Shown one piece after another: positions 21,601 to 33,778 of a DNA stretch of 64,000 nt. Origin of the DNA: a virus; the IMG/VR virus record IMGVR_UViG_3300031760_000017. One strand, 5' to 3'. Under the pieces are notes generated by a model, which was given only the letters and a program-made list of their open reading frames with translations, was not told the DNA's origin and ran no database searches. The position numbers were made by a program, and so were the translations under genes. Each line of letters starts with the position of its first letter. The first letter of the stretch is position 1.

Positions 21601-24600
21601 TCTTTTAATTTTCTTTTTTGAGCTTCTAATATTGCGGTTTGTTTATTTAAATTATCAAGTAATTGTTTACCATATAATTTATCTTGAATTTTTTGAGTTC
21701 GCTCTAAATCACGATTAATTTTCTTTATTTCAATGTCAATATCGTGATATAAATCTTTCTCTTGCTCTATTGGCTTTTTAGTATTTTTAGTAGAAGTATT
21801 AGTATTATCTTTTGCAGTTTTATCTGCTGCTTTTTGAGCTTTTTCAGCCTCAGCTTTTCTCCTTGCTTGACCCTTTGCTCCAGCGCCATTAGCAGATTTT
21901 TTATATTTAAAACCACCACCAGAAGTTTTATGTGCGGAAACAACTTTTAAAGCAAATGCAGTATGCTATTTAGTTTCCGTATCATCCGCAGGAACTGTTT
22001 TATAACGAATAGTAGGCACTCTATATGTTACCTAACTTCCATCTATGGGGTTTACACCAGTAACTTCTCTATTTGTAACTTCAGCTTCTGCGCCAGTGTA
22101 CTGAACTGTATCTTGCGCAGTTGTTTTTTGCTAGATGATTTCAGCATCTACACCCATAGAAGCTAAATAATCTGTTGCTTGTTTTGCTGTCATATTGGCA
22201 GCATTTACCATATTACTTAATTCTTTTAAGAATCCTTCATTATCCAATGAAGCTCCGATTTTTAAATCCTATAAATTTTTACCCTAATAATATAATTCCA
22301 TTATATCATCAAAGTCTTTCTTAAAAGCTTCTGTATCTAAATGAATTTGGGTAGCAATATCTTGTCCAGCTAATTGCATTAATTGATCATAAGCTTCTAC
22401 ATTACCATCAATTGCCGCCTTCATTAATTTTAAATTCTCAACATTTGTTAAGAAATTATTAGATAATGACTAACCATCTAAATCAAGTAAATCAGCATAA
22501 GCATCTCTTAATCCAGAAATTGCCTATGATTGTTCTTGCCAAGAGCCACTTTGTAAAGCTCCTAGCCAAGTATCATAATTATCAACAACATCTTGAATAG
22601 CATTATCAAATCTTAAAATTGATTCAGCAAGTTCTTCCGCACCTTCACGATCCTATTTTAAAACTTTTGATAATTCTTCACTTTGCTATGATAAACTTTG
22701 AATATCTTTAGTAAGATTTGCATAAGCTGTCTCATCAACATCCGAATCTGTTGGAAACATAGCATCATGTAACTGATGAGCAAGTTTTTCTTCTTCCTAT
22801 TTTAACTAAGCAGTCCTATCACTTAAATCTTTAGTTTGATCACCTACTTTAGCAACAGCATCATAAATCTACTTTACTATACCTGGAAACTCCTAAAGCC
22901 ATTCTTTTGATTTTTGTTGCTTTTCAATAATAGCTGTCCATTCATTTATAATAGGCTAAGTGGCTCCATCTGTATCTTTTAAATATTCAATTTGTTTCTT
23001 TAATAAATCAAAATCAGCATGATTATTTTGAAGAGCTCTATTATCTAATTCATCATAATCATACTGTTTCTAAGATAATAATTGAACTCTATTTAATTCA
23101 GATTCAATCTAGAATAAAGTATTTTTAAATCCTTCTAATTTTAAATTATTAATAAGTGTATAGAACTATTCTGCATCTTCAGTCATTTTATATGACCCAT
23201 TAGCCATCATAGTAAAGAAAGATTGAATCTAAGGAGCTAAATCTCCAAATTCAGTTTTTGAAACGCTCTTTCCACTTCTAACTTGATCTTCAAGAGACTG
23301 ATAAAAAGCATAATTCTCTGCAGCGTCTCCCTGCATAGCAGAAATTTCTTTTATATTAGAAAAATCTGCATGTGAGATATTATCAACAACATTACCTAAA
23401 GTATCCCAGTTAGAAAATATTGATGGAGAAAGTTCAAAAGCTTTAAATAATTCCTCTAAATGTTGTTCATCTAATTCAGATAAATTTTTAATTATTTTAT
23501 CCGGAATTATTCCTGATGCTTTTTCTTGAATTTTATCAATAATTTTACCAATTTCATTATATTGATTATAAAGTTGAGACTATTCAGTAAGAAGATATGA
23601 ATCAGCTAATTCTTTTGCAGTTGTATCTCCTACAAATTCACCCTGCTATTCTAAAGCTGCTTGTAATTTTTGTCTTTGTTGTAAAAATTCTCCAGCATTT
23701 GTTACATTAGAAAAATCAAGGACGCCATGAGCTTCTTTTGATAATCCTATAAAAGCTGCTTGATTTTCATTAACATCTTTCGAAGCGTTGTCAAAAGCTT
23801 CCATCTATTCTGCTGAATCTGCAACCCATTGTGTTAAATCTTTATACCATTGAGATTGTCTCTATTGTTCGCTTAAAGTTTTGCTTAAATCTTCAACAGC
23901 TTTTTTAACTCTAGGATACATTATTAACAAGGACTATAAATTATAATCAACTTTATATTCAATAGTTCCATTATCTTGTTGGCGAAAACCATTTTCACTT
24001 AATATCTCTTTAGCTTCATCGCTCATTCTATTGCTACCAAAAGATAAAGCATAATCAATTTGATTGTCTTCACCAAGTGAACCTTTTACACCACGTTTTC
24101 CTTGAAGTTCAAAAGAGCTCCATAGGTTTTGTTTTGCTGCTTCATACTATTCTTTACTGGAATTATATTTTTTCTAAGCTTCTTCAGCTTTTAATTCTTT
24201 TAAAGTTTGAATTAAATTATCATAATTATTACGTAATCTATCTGCCGCATCGCCTTCAAGACCATATTGATTAATTAAATCTTCTATTCCTGATTTTAAA
24301 TCAGATCTTGTAATCTAGCCTTCTTTATATTTTTGATTTAGCTCTTCAATAGATTTATATAATTCTTGATTTCTACTTAATTGTTCTTGAAGTGTATTTG
24401 CTTCCTAAATAACTGATTCATTATGTTCAATTTGTGCTTTTCTAGCCTATTTACTTTTATTTATTAAAAAACCGAGTGCTGTTACAGCAGCTAATGCAGC
24501 TGTAATAAAAGCTCCTAATGGAGTAATTGTAATAACACTATTAAGAAATTGAATTTGAAAACCTGCTTCTGTTGCAGCAGCACCTATAGCACCAAATGAA

Positions 24601-27263
24601 ACGGCCTTAGCTCCATTAGAAGTAATAACAGCTGCCGCTTCTGCTGTACTCTTTCTAAATTGATAATTTAAAAGATTAGTTGCTTTTCCAACAGCCCCAA
24701 TTCCTTTAATTAACATTGGTAATGAAAAAGATAAATTTGTAACAATTTGAAGTATTCTTTGTCCAGTAGATAAATCCTGATTTTTCCAAACACTTCCTAA
24801 ATGTTGAATTTGTTGAATAGAAGACCCAATTCGAGCAAGACCTGCAGCAGCTTTTGCATATTCCTCAATTCTAACAGCTCTGTCTTTATTTGACATCTCC
24901 CCATTAAAATCGTTTTGTTTTGCATTCATTTGACCGCGCAATTTCTACAATTCAGGAACAATTTTTGGATCATTATAAACCTATTTAAAAATTTTTTCTA
25001 TTTTTGTTTTAATTTCATTACCACTAGTTTCTGTTATTTCTGCTAATTTATCAAAAAAATCTTTAAATTTTTGAAAAGTTTCTTCATTTACACTTTTAGA
25101 AAATCTTTTAGGTAAATCTTCATATAATTGACCAATCTCTTCAATAGCTTTTTGAGTTTCTTTAGAAAACTATTGATTACTAGTCATTTCATCAAAAACT
25201 TCTTTAAGATCTTTTGCTCCTAATCGTAAAGTAGTAAAAAAACTTCTTATGCCATCTTGCCCTACTTTATCAAATATATTTAAAAACTTTTCAGTTGATT
25301 GAGAAACAGACTCAGTTGATTCTTGAAATTCATCATATTCTTGCTAACATTTTTCTAGCATATTTAATATTTCATCAATTTTTTCAGGCTTTCCAACAAT
25401 ATTTTCTAATTTTGTCGTACCTAACTCTTGTCCTGAAATTCTATCTATTAACTATTCTAAAGGTTGTTTTTGTTTAACTAAAGTTTGAATCTAATTTCCA
25501 ATATTAGTAATATCATTTAATAATTTTTGTGCTCCTTGAAATTCTTCTGGAGACATCATTCTTGATAGTTCTAATAAATGTTCTCTATCTTTTAATAAGC
25601 TTTTACTTACTTCATCTAATTCAGGAATTCCTTGCCAATCTTTTGTTGCTTGTAAGGCATTATCAAATTCTCTAGCATTACTATTTGCAATCTCAAGGTT
25701 AGTAATAGTTGTATTTATTCCTTTAGCAATTTGTTCACTAAAAACAGCAACCCCAATAGCTCCAAGAGATTGTAATAATGCCTTACCTCCGCCTAAGCCA
25801 TCAATAAAGTTTGCAACAAAAACTGCAACACCCGATAATGCATCAGTTATACTCTTTATAGAATCAACATCAATTAAACTATCATATACATCTTCAACGG
25901 AAGCTTTTAATTGCTTTAAATGCGCGGCAGTTGAATCCATATATATATCTTGTTGCTTTTGTAAGGTACCTGCTGCATTTTGCGCTGTATTTAATGCTTC
26001 ATTATATTCTTCAAAATTATCAAATAAAGCAAGTAAATTATTATATTGTCTTTGACCAGCCATTGTTTGAGCTAAATAAATTTGCTGTTCACGAGTTAAA
26101 TCATCCCAACGACCGCCAATTTCTTCCATAACTTCGCCCATATCACGAAGATTTCCATTCATGTCAAGAACATTAAAACCAAGTTGTGCCATTTGACTAG
26201 AATATCTACCAAGAGTAACTCCATCTTCATCAATTCCAGCTTTAATATCACTAATACGAGCATAAACAGTTCTTAAAGCTGTACCAACACTCTAAGGAGC
26301 TTGTCTTGTTGCAGAAATAATAGTTGATAACTGTGCAGCTAATTGCTATTCACTAACACCCATTGTGGCGGCCGTACTTGCAACTTTACCCATACCTTTA
26401 CTTAATTCTTCAAGATCTGATGCGGTTGTTGCAGCAACAGCAGCTAATCTATCAATATATATCTAAGCCTAATCCGCATTAACCTTATAACCATTCCAAA
26501 CGGCAGTTAACTGTTCAGAAACGTCTGCTGTTGATTGATTTGTAACATTTGCTGTTTTTAATGTAATTGCGGTTCTAGCCTAAATTTCTTTATCTGATAA
26601 ACCCTGTTGAGCATAAATTAAAGCAGCATTAGTGTAATCTACTGTTGTAGTGCCTAGTTGTTTGGCTGCATTATTGGCTTGCTCTGCAAATCTTCCCATT
26701 TCATCAGCAGTCTTACTAGTAACGATTCTAATATCATTTAATGAAGTATCTAATGATTTAACATATCCAACTGCTTGTTGAATAGTACTAGTGAAACCAC
26801 GAAATACAGTATTAGCTAAATTATATTTTGCAACATTAACAAAAGTCTAAGCAAATTTATCAAGCACTTGATGAGTTTGCTTTAATTCTGCATTAACACT
26901 TAATACATGAGACGATAAATTTCTAAAAGCATTCTCACCAACAGCACCGCTCTTAGAAAAACTTTGATAGACTTTTTCTATTGAAGTTCCAGATTCATTT
27001 AATGACTTATTAAAACTTTCAACATTTGTAGTATTTAATTTTGCATTAAAAGCAGCTCTTAATGCTTTCTATACATTTCCAGCCTATTTCTGAATTGCTA
27101 TTAAATCGGTTTTAGCTGTATCAAAATCAGAATTATTTATTTTCATCATATCTTTTATAGTTAAATTTTGAATCTCTTTTAAAGATTTTTTTAACTAATT
27201 TAAACTCTGTTTTTGAATGTCAAAACCAATAGAATAGATAATATCTCCACCCTTTTTTGCCAT
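18612..27263 (-). CDS. Tape measure protein (about 2883 aa), TAG-recoded
   Basis: Reverse-strand ATG 27263 (MAKKGGDIIYSIGFDIQKQSLN-Q-LKKSLKEIQ...). ORFs 25491-26192, 24447-24941 and 18675-19172 share its frame. TP901-type tape measure signatures (TVDYTNAALIYAQQGLSDKEI, GTALRTVYARISDIKAGIDEDG, AHLKQLKASVEDVYDSLI). Confidence 0.88.
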
Positions 27264-27463
27264 CCTTTTATCTCCTTTTTATATATTTAAAATCATGTGA
27301 TAAAAAATCTTCTTCTATATATAATATAAAAAAATGACATTTTTGATTATCATAACTCGACCATATACTTTTTTCTTGATGAATTATAAAAATTTTGATA
27401 TAATTTTAATATGAAATGTAAGAAAGAATATTTAAAGTTTATAAATAATATAAGGAGGAAGAT

Positions 27464-28210
27464 ATGAGTACATATGTATTTTCAGATTTACACGCTCAAT
27501 ATAATCTTTGGAAGCAAATAAAAGATTATATTAAACCAGACGACATTGTATTTTGTCTTGGTGACTGTGTAGATAGAGGTCCAGTAGGACTTGAAATTTT
27601 ATATGAAGTAATGGAAACTCCTAATATTACTTTACTACGCGGAAATCACGAAGATTTTATTGCCACTATTGGCGAAAAGATTTTAAAATGTAAATCAGAA
27701 GAAGATGTATATTGGGAGTATCCAGATGAAATATATATATGGAAAGCTAATGGCGCTTCAAATACTATTGAAGCTTTTCAAAATTTAAGTAGAAAAGAAA
27801 AAGAAGAGTTAATAAATAAAATTAAAAAATTGCCCACTTGGGCAATATATGAAAACAAAGATAATAAATTTTATCTTTGCCATGCGGGAAGACAGCCGCA
27901 AACAACAGAACATTTAATTGAAGGACGTAGCGCAATTATTCCAATGAACAATTATATTTGGGATAGAAGTCATATTTCGGATATAGTGTGGCGAGGAGAA
28001 AAAAATGAATTTTGTATTCATGGGCATACTCCAGTATTAGCCATAGACCATTATATAAATAGATATGAATTTTTACCTAAAAAAACAGATGAAATATATA
28101 TTTATTGTAATGGTCATAAAATAGATATAGACTTAGGTTCTTTTATCACTCATCGCGTATGTCTATTTAATCTTGATACTTTTAAACCAATTTATTTTGA
28201 AGATAAATAA
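27464..28210 (+). CDS. Ser/Thr protein phosphatase-type metallophosphoesterase
   Basis: FSDLHAQYN, CLGDCVDRGPVG, LLRGNHEDF, FCIHGHTP motifs. Confidence 0.92.
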   Translation: MSTYVFSDLHAQYNLWKQIKDYIKPDDIVFCLGDCVDRGPVGLEILYEVMETPNITLLRGNHEDFIATIGEKILKCKSEEDVYWEYPDEIYIWKANGASNTIEAFQNLSRKEKEELINKIKKLPTWAIYENKDNKFYLCHAGRQPQTTEHLIEGRSAIIPMNNYIWDRSHISDIVWRGEKNEFCIHGHTPVLAIDHYINRYEFLPKKTDEIYIYCNGHKIDIDLGSFITHRVCLFNLDTFKPIYFEDK

Positions 28211-28276
28211 TTAAAATTATTTATATAAGCACATTGAAAACTAAATATTATATTTTATTAAAAAAGGAGAAAAAAG

Positions 28277-29851
28277 ATGATTTAGAAAATTGTAACTACT
28301 GTAATTCCAATTTTAGTACCTATTGTAATAATCGCTCTCTTATGCCTTGCAATTACCTTAATTGGTAAAGCTATGTATAAGAAATCTCCGCCAAATATGG
28401 CAATGGTTGTAACTGGACCTTTTGGAAATAAAACAATTATTGGTAAAGGTTGTTTTGTAATTCCTATTCTTGAAAGAGTAGACTTCCTTTCTCTTGAAAA
28501 TATGCAATCAGACTTTACATCTAAAGATGACATTCCTACAAAAGATGCCATCAATATTTTAGTAGATGCAGTTGCTAACTTTGCAATTTCAACTGATCCG
28601 AAGACTCTTCCAAAGGCTGCTGCAAAATTCTTAGGTAAGAAACCAAAGCAAATTGAGGAAATTGTAAGACCGGTTCTTGAAGGTAATATCCGAGAAATTA
28701 TTTCTCAAACAACTTTAAAAGAACTTATTCAAGGTGATAAAAAGAAACTTGCAGAAAGAATTATTGAAAATGTTACTCCCAATCTTCAAGATATGGGTCT
28801 TGAATTAACAACTTTTAATATTCAGAATTTCAAAGATAAAAATGGAGTAATTGATAACTTAGGTCTTCAAAACACAGTCCAAATTAGTAAAGATGCTGCT
28901 ATTTCTAAAGCAAAAGCTGAACAGGAAATTGCAGTTGCGGAAGCTAATGCGCGAAAAGCTGCTAATGAAGCTCAAATTGCTGCGGAAACTGAAATTGCAG
29001 AAAGAGAAAATAAGCTTACAATTAAAAGATCTGAATTAAAAAAGCAGGAAGATATTAAGAAAGCAGAAGCTGATGCTGCTTATGAAATTCAGCAACAGGA
29101 ACAGCAAAAAATAATCGAAATTGCAACTGCCGATGCAAAACTTGCAAGACAAGAAAAAGAAATTGATTTGCAAGAACGTGAAGTTAGTATTAGAGAGCGT
29201 AAACTTGAAGCTGAAGTTAAGAAAACGGCAGAAGCTAGAAAATACGCTGCTCAACAGGAATCTGATGCAAATCTTTATGCAACTCAAAAGAGTTCTGAAG
29301 CTGATTTATTTGAAAGACAAAAGAAAGCTGAAGCTGAACAGTATGAAGCAGAACGACGTGCGGAGGCTCAAAAAGCTAAAGCTGAGGCTGAAAAATTTGC
29401 AAAAATTCAGGAAGCAGAAGCTATTAAAGAAACTGGTACTGCGGAAGCTGAAGCTATTAAAGCTAAAGGTACCGCAGAAGCTGAGGCTATTAGAGCTAAG
29501 GCGACCGCTGAAGCTGAAGGTTTGTTAAAGAAAGCTGAAGCTATGGAAAGATATGGTGAAGCAGCTCGTGAACAGCAAAAACTTGACGCGTTAAAGATTT
29601 ACTTTGAACAGCTACCCGCAATTGCTGAAGCTATCGGTTCAGGCTATGCAAATGTTGAAAAGATGGTTATGTTCGGAGATGATTCTTCAAAATTAAGTGG
29701 TAATATCATTAATAATATTACTCAAGTTTCTGAGGGTCTTAATGAATCACTTGGTATTGATTTAAAATCTTTAATGTCTGCTTTTATCGGTGGAAAGATT
29801 GTTGATGCAAATCATACTGAAGTAACTGAAGTAACTAAAGAAGAAGAATAA
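28277..29851 (+). CDS. Flotillin-like SPFH-domain protein, TAG at codon 3
   Basis: MI-Q-KIVTTVIPILVPIVIIALLCLAITLIGKAMYKKSPPNMAMVVTGPFGNKTIIGKGCFVIPILERVDFLSLE; long AEAxA coiled coil. Confidence 0.9.
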
Positions 29852-29945
29852 TAATTTATGACAAGGAGAATATAAAAATTCTCCTTGTTTTTTTTATAAA
29901 TTTTTATTATAATATATTTATAAAAATGAAAAGGAAATAAAAAAT

Positions 29946-30371
29946 ATGTTATCAGATAAAGCAATGTTAGAACTATGTCGATTGTACTATGATGAAGAGA
30001 CTTTCGAACATGTAAAAAGAGTCGCTGAATATGCTAAGGATATTTATAAACTTTATGATTATTATAAAGCAGGTGAGGAAAGATCTATTTATCATTTAGC
30101 CTTAGCTCACGACTTATATGAAGATACCGATATTTCACAAAATACTTGGTTTGATAATAATTTTGAAGCCAATCTTCAATTATTAACGAAAGACGAAGAT
30201 ATATCATACAACGATTATATTGCTAAAATTCGCAAAGAAGCAGTGATACCTACTTATAAACCTGCTTATATTGTAAAATTAGCAGACATGAAAGATCATC
30301 TTTCTCAAACTGAAACTTTAACAGAAGAACTTAAAAATAAATATATTTCTGCTATGAAATATTTACTTTAA
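29946..30371 (+). CDS. HD-domain phosphohydrolase-like protein
   Basis: EHVKRVAEYAK...LALAHDLYEDTDI...KLADMKDHL. Confidence 0.75.
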   Translation: MLSDKAMLELCRLYYDEETFEHVKRVAEYAKDIYKLYDYYKAGEERSIYHLALAHDLYEDTDISQNTWFDNNFEANLQLLTKDEDISYNDYIAKIRKEAVIPTYKPAYIVKLADMKDHLSQTETLTEELKNKYISAMKYLL

Positions 30372-30386
30372 AAAAGGAAAATAAAA

Positions 30387-30527
30387 ATGGGAATACTTGA
30401 TGTTATTCTAATTATAAATATTGTACTTAAACTTTTAAATTTAATTACCTGGAGCTGGTGGGCAGTCCTCTGGCCGCTTTGGGTAATTTTAATAATTGCT
30501 TGTCTTCTTATTTTTGGAGATGATTAA
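30387..30527 (+). CDS. Small membrane protein (46 aa)
   Basis: MGILDVILIINIVLKLLNLITWSWWAVLWPLWVILIIACLLIFGDD*, RBS AAAAGGA upstream. Confidence 0.6.
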   Translation: MGILDVILIINIVLKLLNLITWSWWAVLWPLWVILIIACLLIFGDD

Positions 30528-30553
30528 TATTATAAATAAAGGAGAAATAAAAA

Positions 30554-30700
30554 ATGCTTGAAACGATTTTAATTGTAAATATTATACTTAAATTTTTTAA
30601 CTTAATTAATTGGAGTTGGAGCGCAACTCTTTGGCCGCTATGGGCGGAATTAATAATTATAGCTATTTTTTGGCTCAGTGGAAATCTTGATAAAATTTAA
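30554..30700 (+). CDS. Small membrane protein (48 aa), paralogue of the preceding one
   Basis: MLETILIVNIILKFFNLINWSWSATLWPLWAELIIIAIFWLSGNLDKI*. Confidence 0.6.
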   Translation: MLETILIVNIILKFFNLINWSWSATLWPLWAELIIIAIFWLSGNLDKI

Positions 30701-30773
30701 AATTAATTGATTTTTTATAAAATTTTTAATATAATTATAATATAAGTTATTAAAGAAAAAAGAGGTAAAAAAT

Positions 30774-33263
30774 ATGGGAAGATATGATAATGAAAATTGG
30801 GACACTTCGTCTCAGATGAATAGACAGCGAGACTTGGTTCTTTCCACAAATGAATTTTGTTTCTTGCAGTCTAAAACAAATGGTGCAATTAAAACATATA
30901 CTGGTCCTATTACCATGACAATTTCCGCTCAGGAATCTCTTGTTGTCTTTAATTCTAAGACAAAGAAATTTGAGGAAACTCAGGACTTTGAAAAGGCTAA
31001 ACAGCTCTTTATTTCTGCTCCTGAAGGATGGTATGTAGTTCTAAAGAATCCTGCGGTAGACAATTCTCATCCGGAAGCCGCAAAAGCTGTCAATAGTCCT
31101 AATCTTGAAATTGGTCGCAAGATTAATATTGGTGGACCTGTTTCCTTCTCACTGTTTCCTGGACAGATGACAAGAGTTATCAGAGGACATAGACTTCGTT
31201 CTAACCAGTATCTTCTTGCTAGAGTTTATGATGCGGACGCTGCACGTAAAGGTATTACAACAGCAACTATTGTTGATACAGAAGGCAAGGAAGTTACAGC
31301 AAAACCCGAGGAATATTTCGTTGGTCAAATGATTGTTATTAAAGGAACTGAAGTTTCTTTCTACATCCCGCCAACAGGAATCGAAGTTATTCCTATCGGA
31401 AATAGTAATGAATATGTCCGTGATGCAGTTACTCTTGAAAGACTTGAATATGCAATTCTGAAAGATGAAGATGGCGAAAAAAGATATATTCATGGTCCTG
31501 CGGTGGTGTTCCCGAAACCAACTGAAACATTTGTTTCAGCTCCTAAGGGTGGACTTATTTTCCGTGCTCTTGAACTTTCACCAATTAGCGGAATTTATGT
31601 AAAAGTAATTGCCGCATACGATGAAACAAAGAATGGTAAGAAAGTTCATCATCCAATTGGAGAAGAGCTTTTTATCACAGGAAAAGACCAGATGATTTAT
31701 TATCCACGTCCGGAACATGCTATGATTCAGTATGATGGTAAGTATATGCACCATGCTATCGCAATTCCAGAAGGCGAAGGTCGTTATATTCTTAATAGAC
31801 TTAGTGGAGAAATTAAGACTATTCGCGGTCCTCAGATGTATCTACCAGACCCGCGTTATGAAGTAGTTGTTAAAAGAAAACTTACTCCTAAAGAATGCGA
31901 TTTGATGTATCCTGGTAATATGGAAGTTCTGAAATATAATGGGAACCTTACAGAAAAAGCTGTTGAAAAGATGGCTAGTAGAGGTCTTACAGGTTCTGCC
32001 GTAACAGATGCGCTTAATAATGTATATTCAACTTCTAATCAGGAAGCAACTCTTGCTATTTTTGAAGCCAATGCAAACATTTCTCGCGGCGTAAGTTATA
32101 CAAAACCGCGCACAATTACACTTGATACTAAGTACGAAGGTGTTGTTGGAATTAACGTTTGGGGCGGATATGCTATTAATGTAGTATCTAAAGCTGGTAA
32201 GAGAGATGTTGTAGTTGGTCCAACTACTCGACTTCTTGATTATGATGAAACTCTTGAAGCAGTTGAACTTTCAGGGGGTACTCCAAAGAGTTCTAAGCCA
32301 ACTGTAAGAACAGCATTTTTACAGATTGAAAATAATAGAGTTTCTGATATTATTAATGTACAGACTTCAGACTCTGTTGCTGTTGAAATTCATCTTAGCT
32401 ATTGTGTAAGTTTCTTAAAAGAATATAAAGATTCTTGGTTTGCTATTAATAATTATGTAAAATATCTGTGTGATAATATGCGTTCTCTTGTTAAGAGAGA
32501 AGTAAGAAAATATTCTATTAAAGATTTTTATGCAAAATCTACTGAAATTATTAGAAATATTGTTCTTGATACTGAAACAGAAAAAGAACTTTTTGGTAGA
32601 TTCTTTTCTGCAAACGGCATGCTTGTAAATGATGTTGACATTATCAGAGTTACTGTTGAAAGAAACTATGAGCGTCTTCTTGAAAATCATCAGGCTGAGC
32701 TTATTCAGAAGAGTATTGATTTAGCTGATGCAGAAACATAGATGAAAGCTGTAAAAGACCTTGCAGAAATGAAGCGACAGAAAGCTGATATTGAAAATCA
32801 GGCTGAGCTTTATAGAATTCAGCGTCAGAAAGAGGAAGCTGAAGCTGAAATGCAGTATAAAGAAGCTATTCAGGTTAAAAAGCGTGAAGCTGAAGCTGCA
32901 GCAGCCCAGGCTAAGAAAGACCTTCAGGAAGTTCTTAATGCAATCCAGACCGCTGAAGTTGCAAGAGAAAAAGAGAAGCATGCGGCAGAAGTTGCTCATG
33001 CAAAGGAACTTGCGGAAATTGAGAAAGCTAAGCAGGAAGCTTATGCTGCAACCGTAAAAGAAATTATGAGTTCTATCTCTCCTGACCTTGTTGCCGCAAT
33101 CAGCGCTAGCTCGAAAGCAGACCTTCTTAAAGAAGGTATGAAGAATATGTCTCCTTATGCAATCGCTAATGGAGAATCTGTTGCAGATACTGTTAACAAG
33201 CTTATGAGAGGAACTTCTCTTGAAGATGTCCTTGATAAAGCTTCTCCAAAAATTAATTTCTAA
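30774..33263 (+). CDS. Major Vault Protein (MVP)-like protein (829 aa), single in-frame TAG at 32739-32741
   Basis: N-terminal vault-repeat-like beta region; shoulder/SPFH region (VVGPTTRLLDYDETLEAVELSGGTPKSSKPTVRTAFLQIENNRVSDIINVQTSDSVAVEIHLSYCVSF...YVKYLCDNMRSLVKREVRKYSIKDFYAKSTEIIRNIV); cap-helix-like coiled coil and C-terminal cap-like segment. Downstream ORF 32742-33263 is in the same frame. Confidence 0.85.
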
Positions 33264-33368
33264 TTTTTGACTTTTCCTTACAAGGAAGGAATTAAAAATT
33301 CCTTCCTTGTTTTTTTATAAAAATTATTATATAATATTTATGTAATAAAAAAGGAGAAAATAAAAAAT

Positions 33369-33539
33369 ATGGAAATAAAAGTTCAAGTTCATTATCCTTG
33401 GGCGGATGAGCCAGATTGGTGCAAGGTTCAAATTCCTGAAAATATAAGTGAAAGTGAAATTGATAAAATTGCTTATGAATTTGTTTTAGATTTGTTATTT
33501 GACCAAGGAATTAGTTGGGATTATGAAATAATTAATTAA
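33369..33539 (+). CDS. Small hypothetical protein
   Basis: MEIKVQVHYPWADEPDWCKVQIPENISESEIDKIAYEFVLDLLFDQGISWDYEIIN*. Confidence 0.55.
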   Translation: MEIKVQVHYPWADEPDWCKVQIPENISESEIDKIAYEFVLDLLFDQGISWDYEIIN

Positions 33540-33549
33540 GGAGAAAAAA

Positions 33550-33762
33550 ATGAGAGACCCAAATAGACTTTATAAATTTTATGAAAATTTAAGAGATATA
33601 CATATGACTTATTTTCCAGATTGGAGATTTGGACAACTTATACTTAATTTCTCTGGATGGTATTACAATAAATATAAAAAAGATATTTTTTATATTGAAG
33701 ACGATACAATGATAGAAGTATTTACAGAATATCTTAATTATATAAGAAATAGTATTTTTTAA
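33550..33762 (+). CDS. Small hypothetical protein
   Basis: 70-aa ORF with RBS, co-oriented. Confidence 0.5.
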   Translation: MRDPNRLYKFYENLRDIHMTYFPDWRFGQLILNFSGWYYNKYKKDIFYIEDDTMIEVFTEYLNYIRNSIF

Positions 33763-33778
33763 AAGGAGATGATAAATA

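Noticed and set aside
29036-29528. ORFs 29036-29287 (-) and 29121-29528 (+) inside the flotillin gene
   Set aside because: Out-of-frame readings of the repetitive Lys/Ala/Glu coiled-coil sequence.
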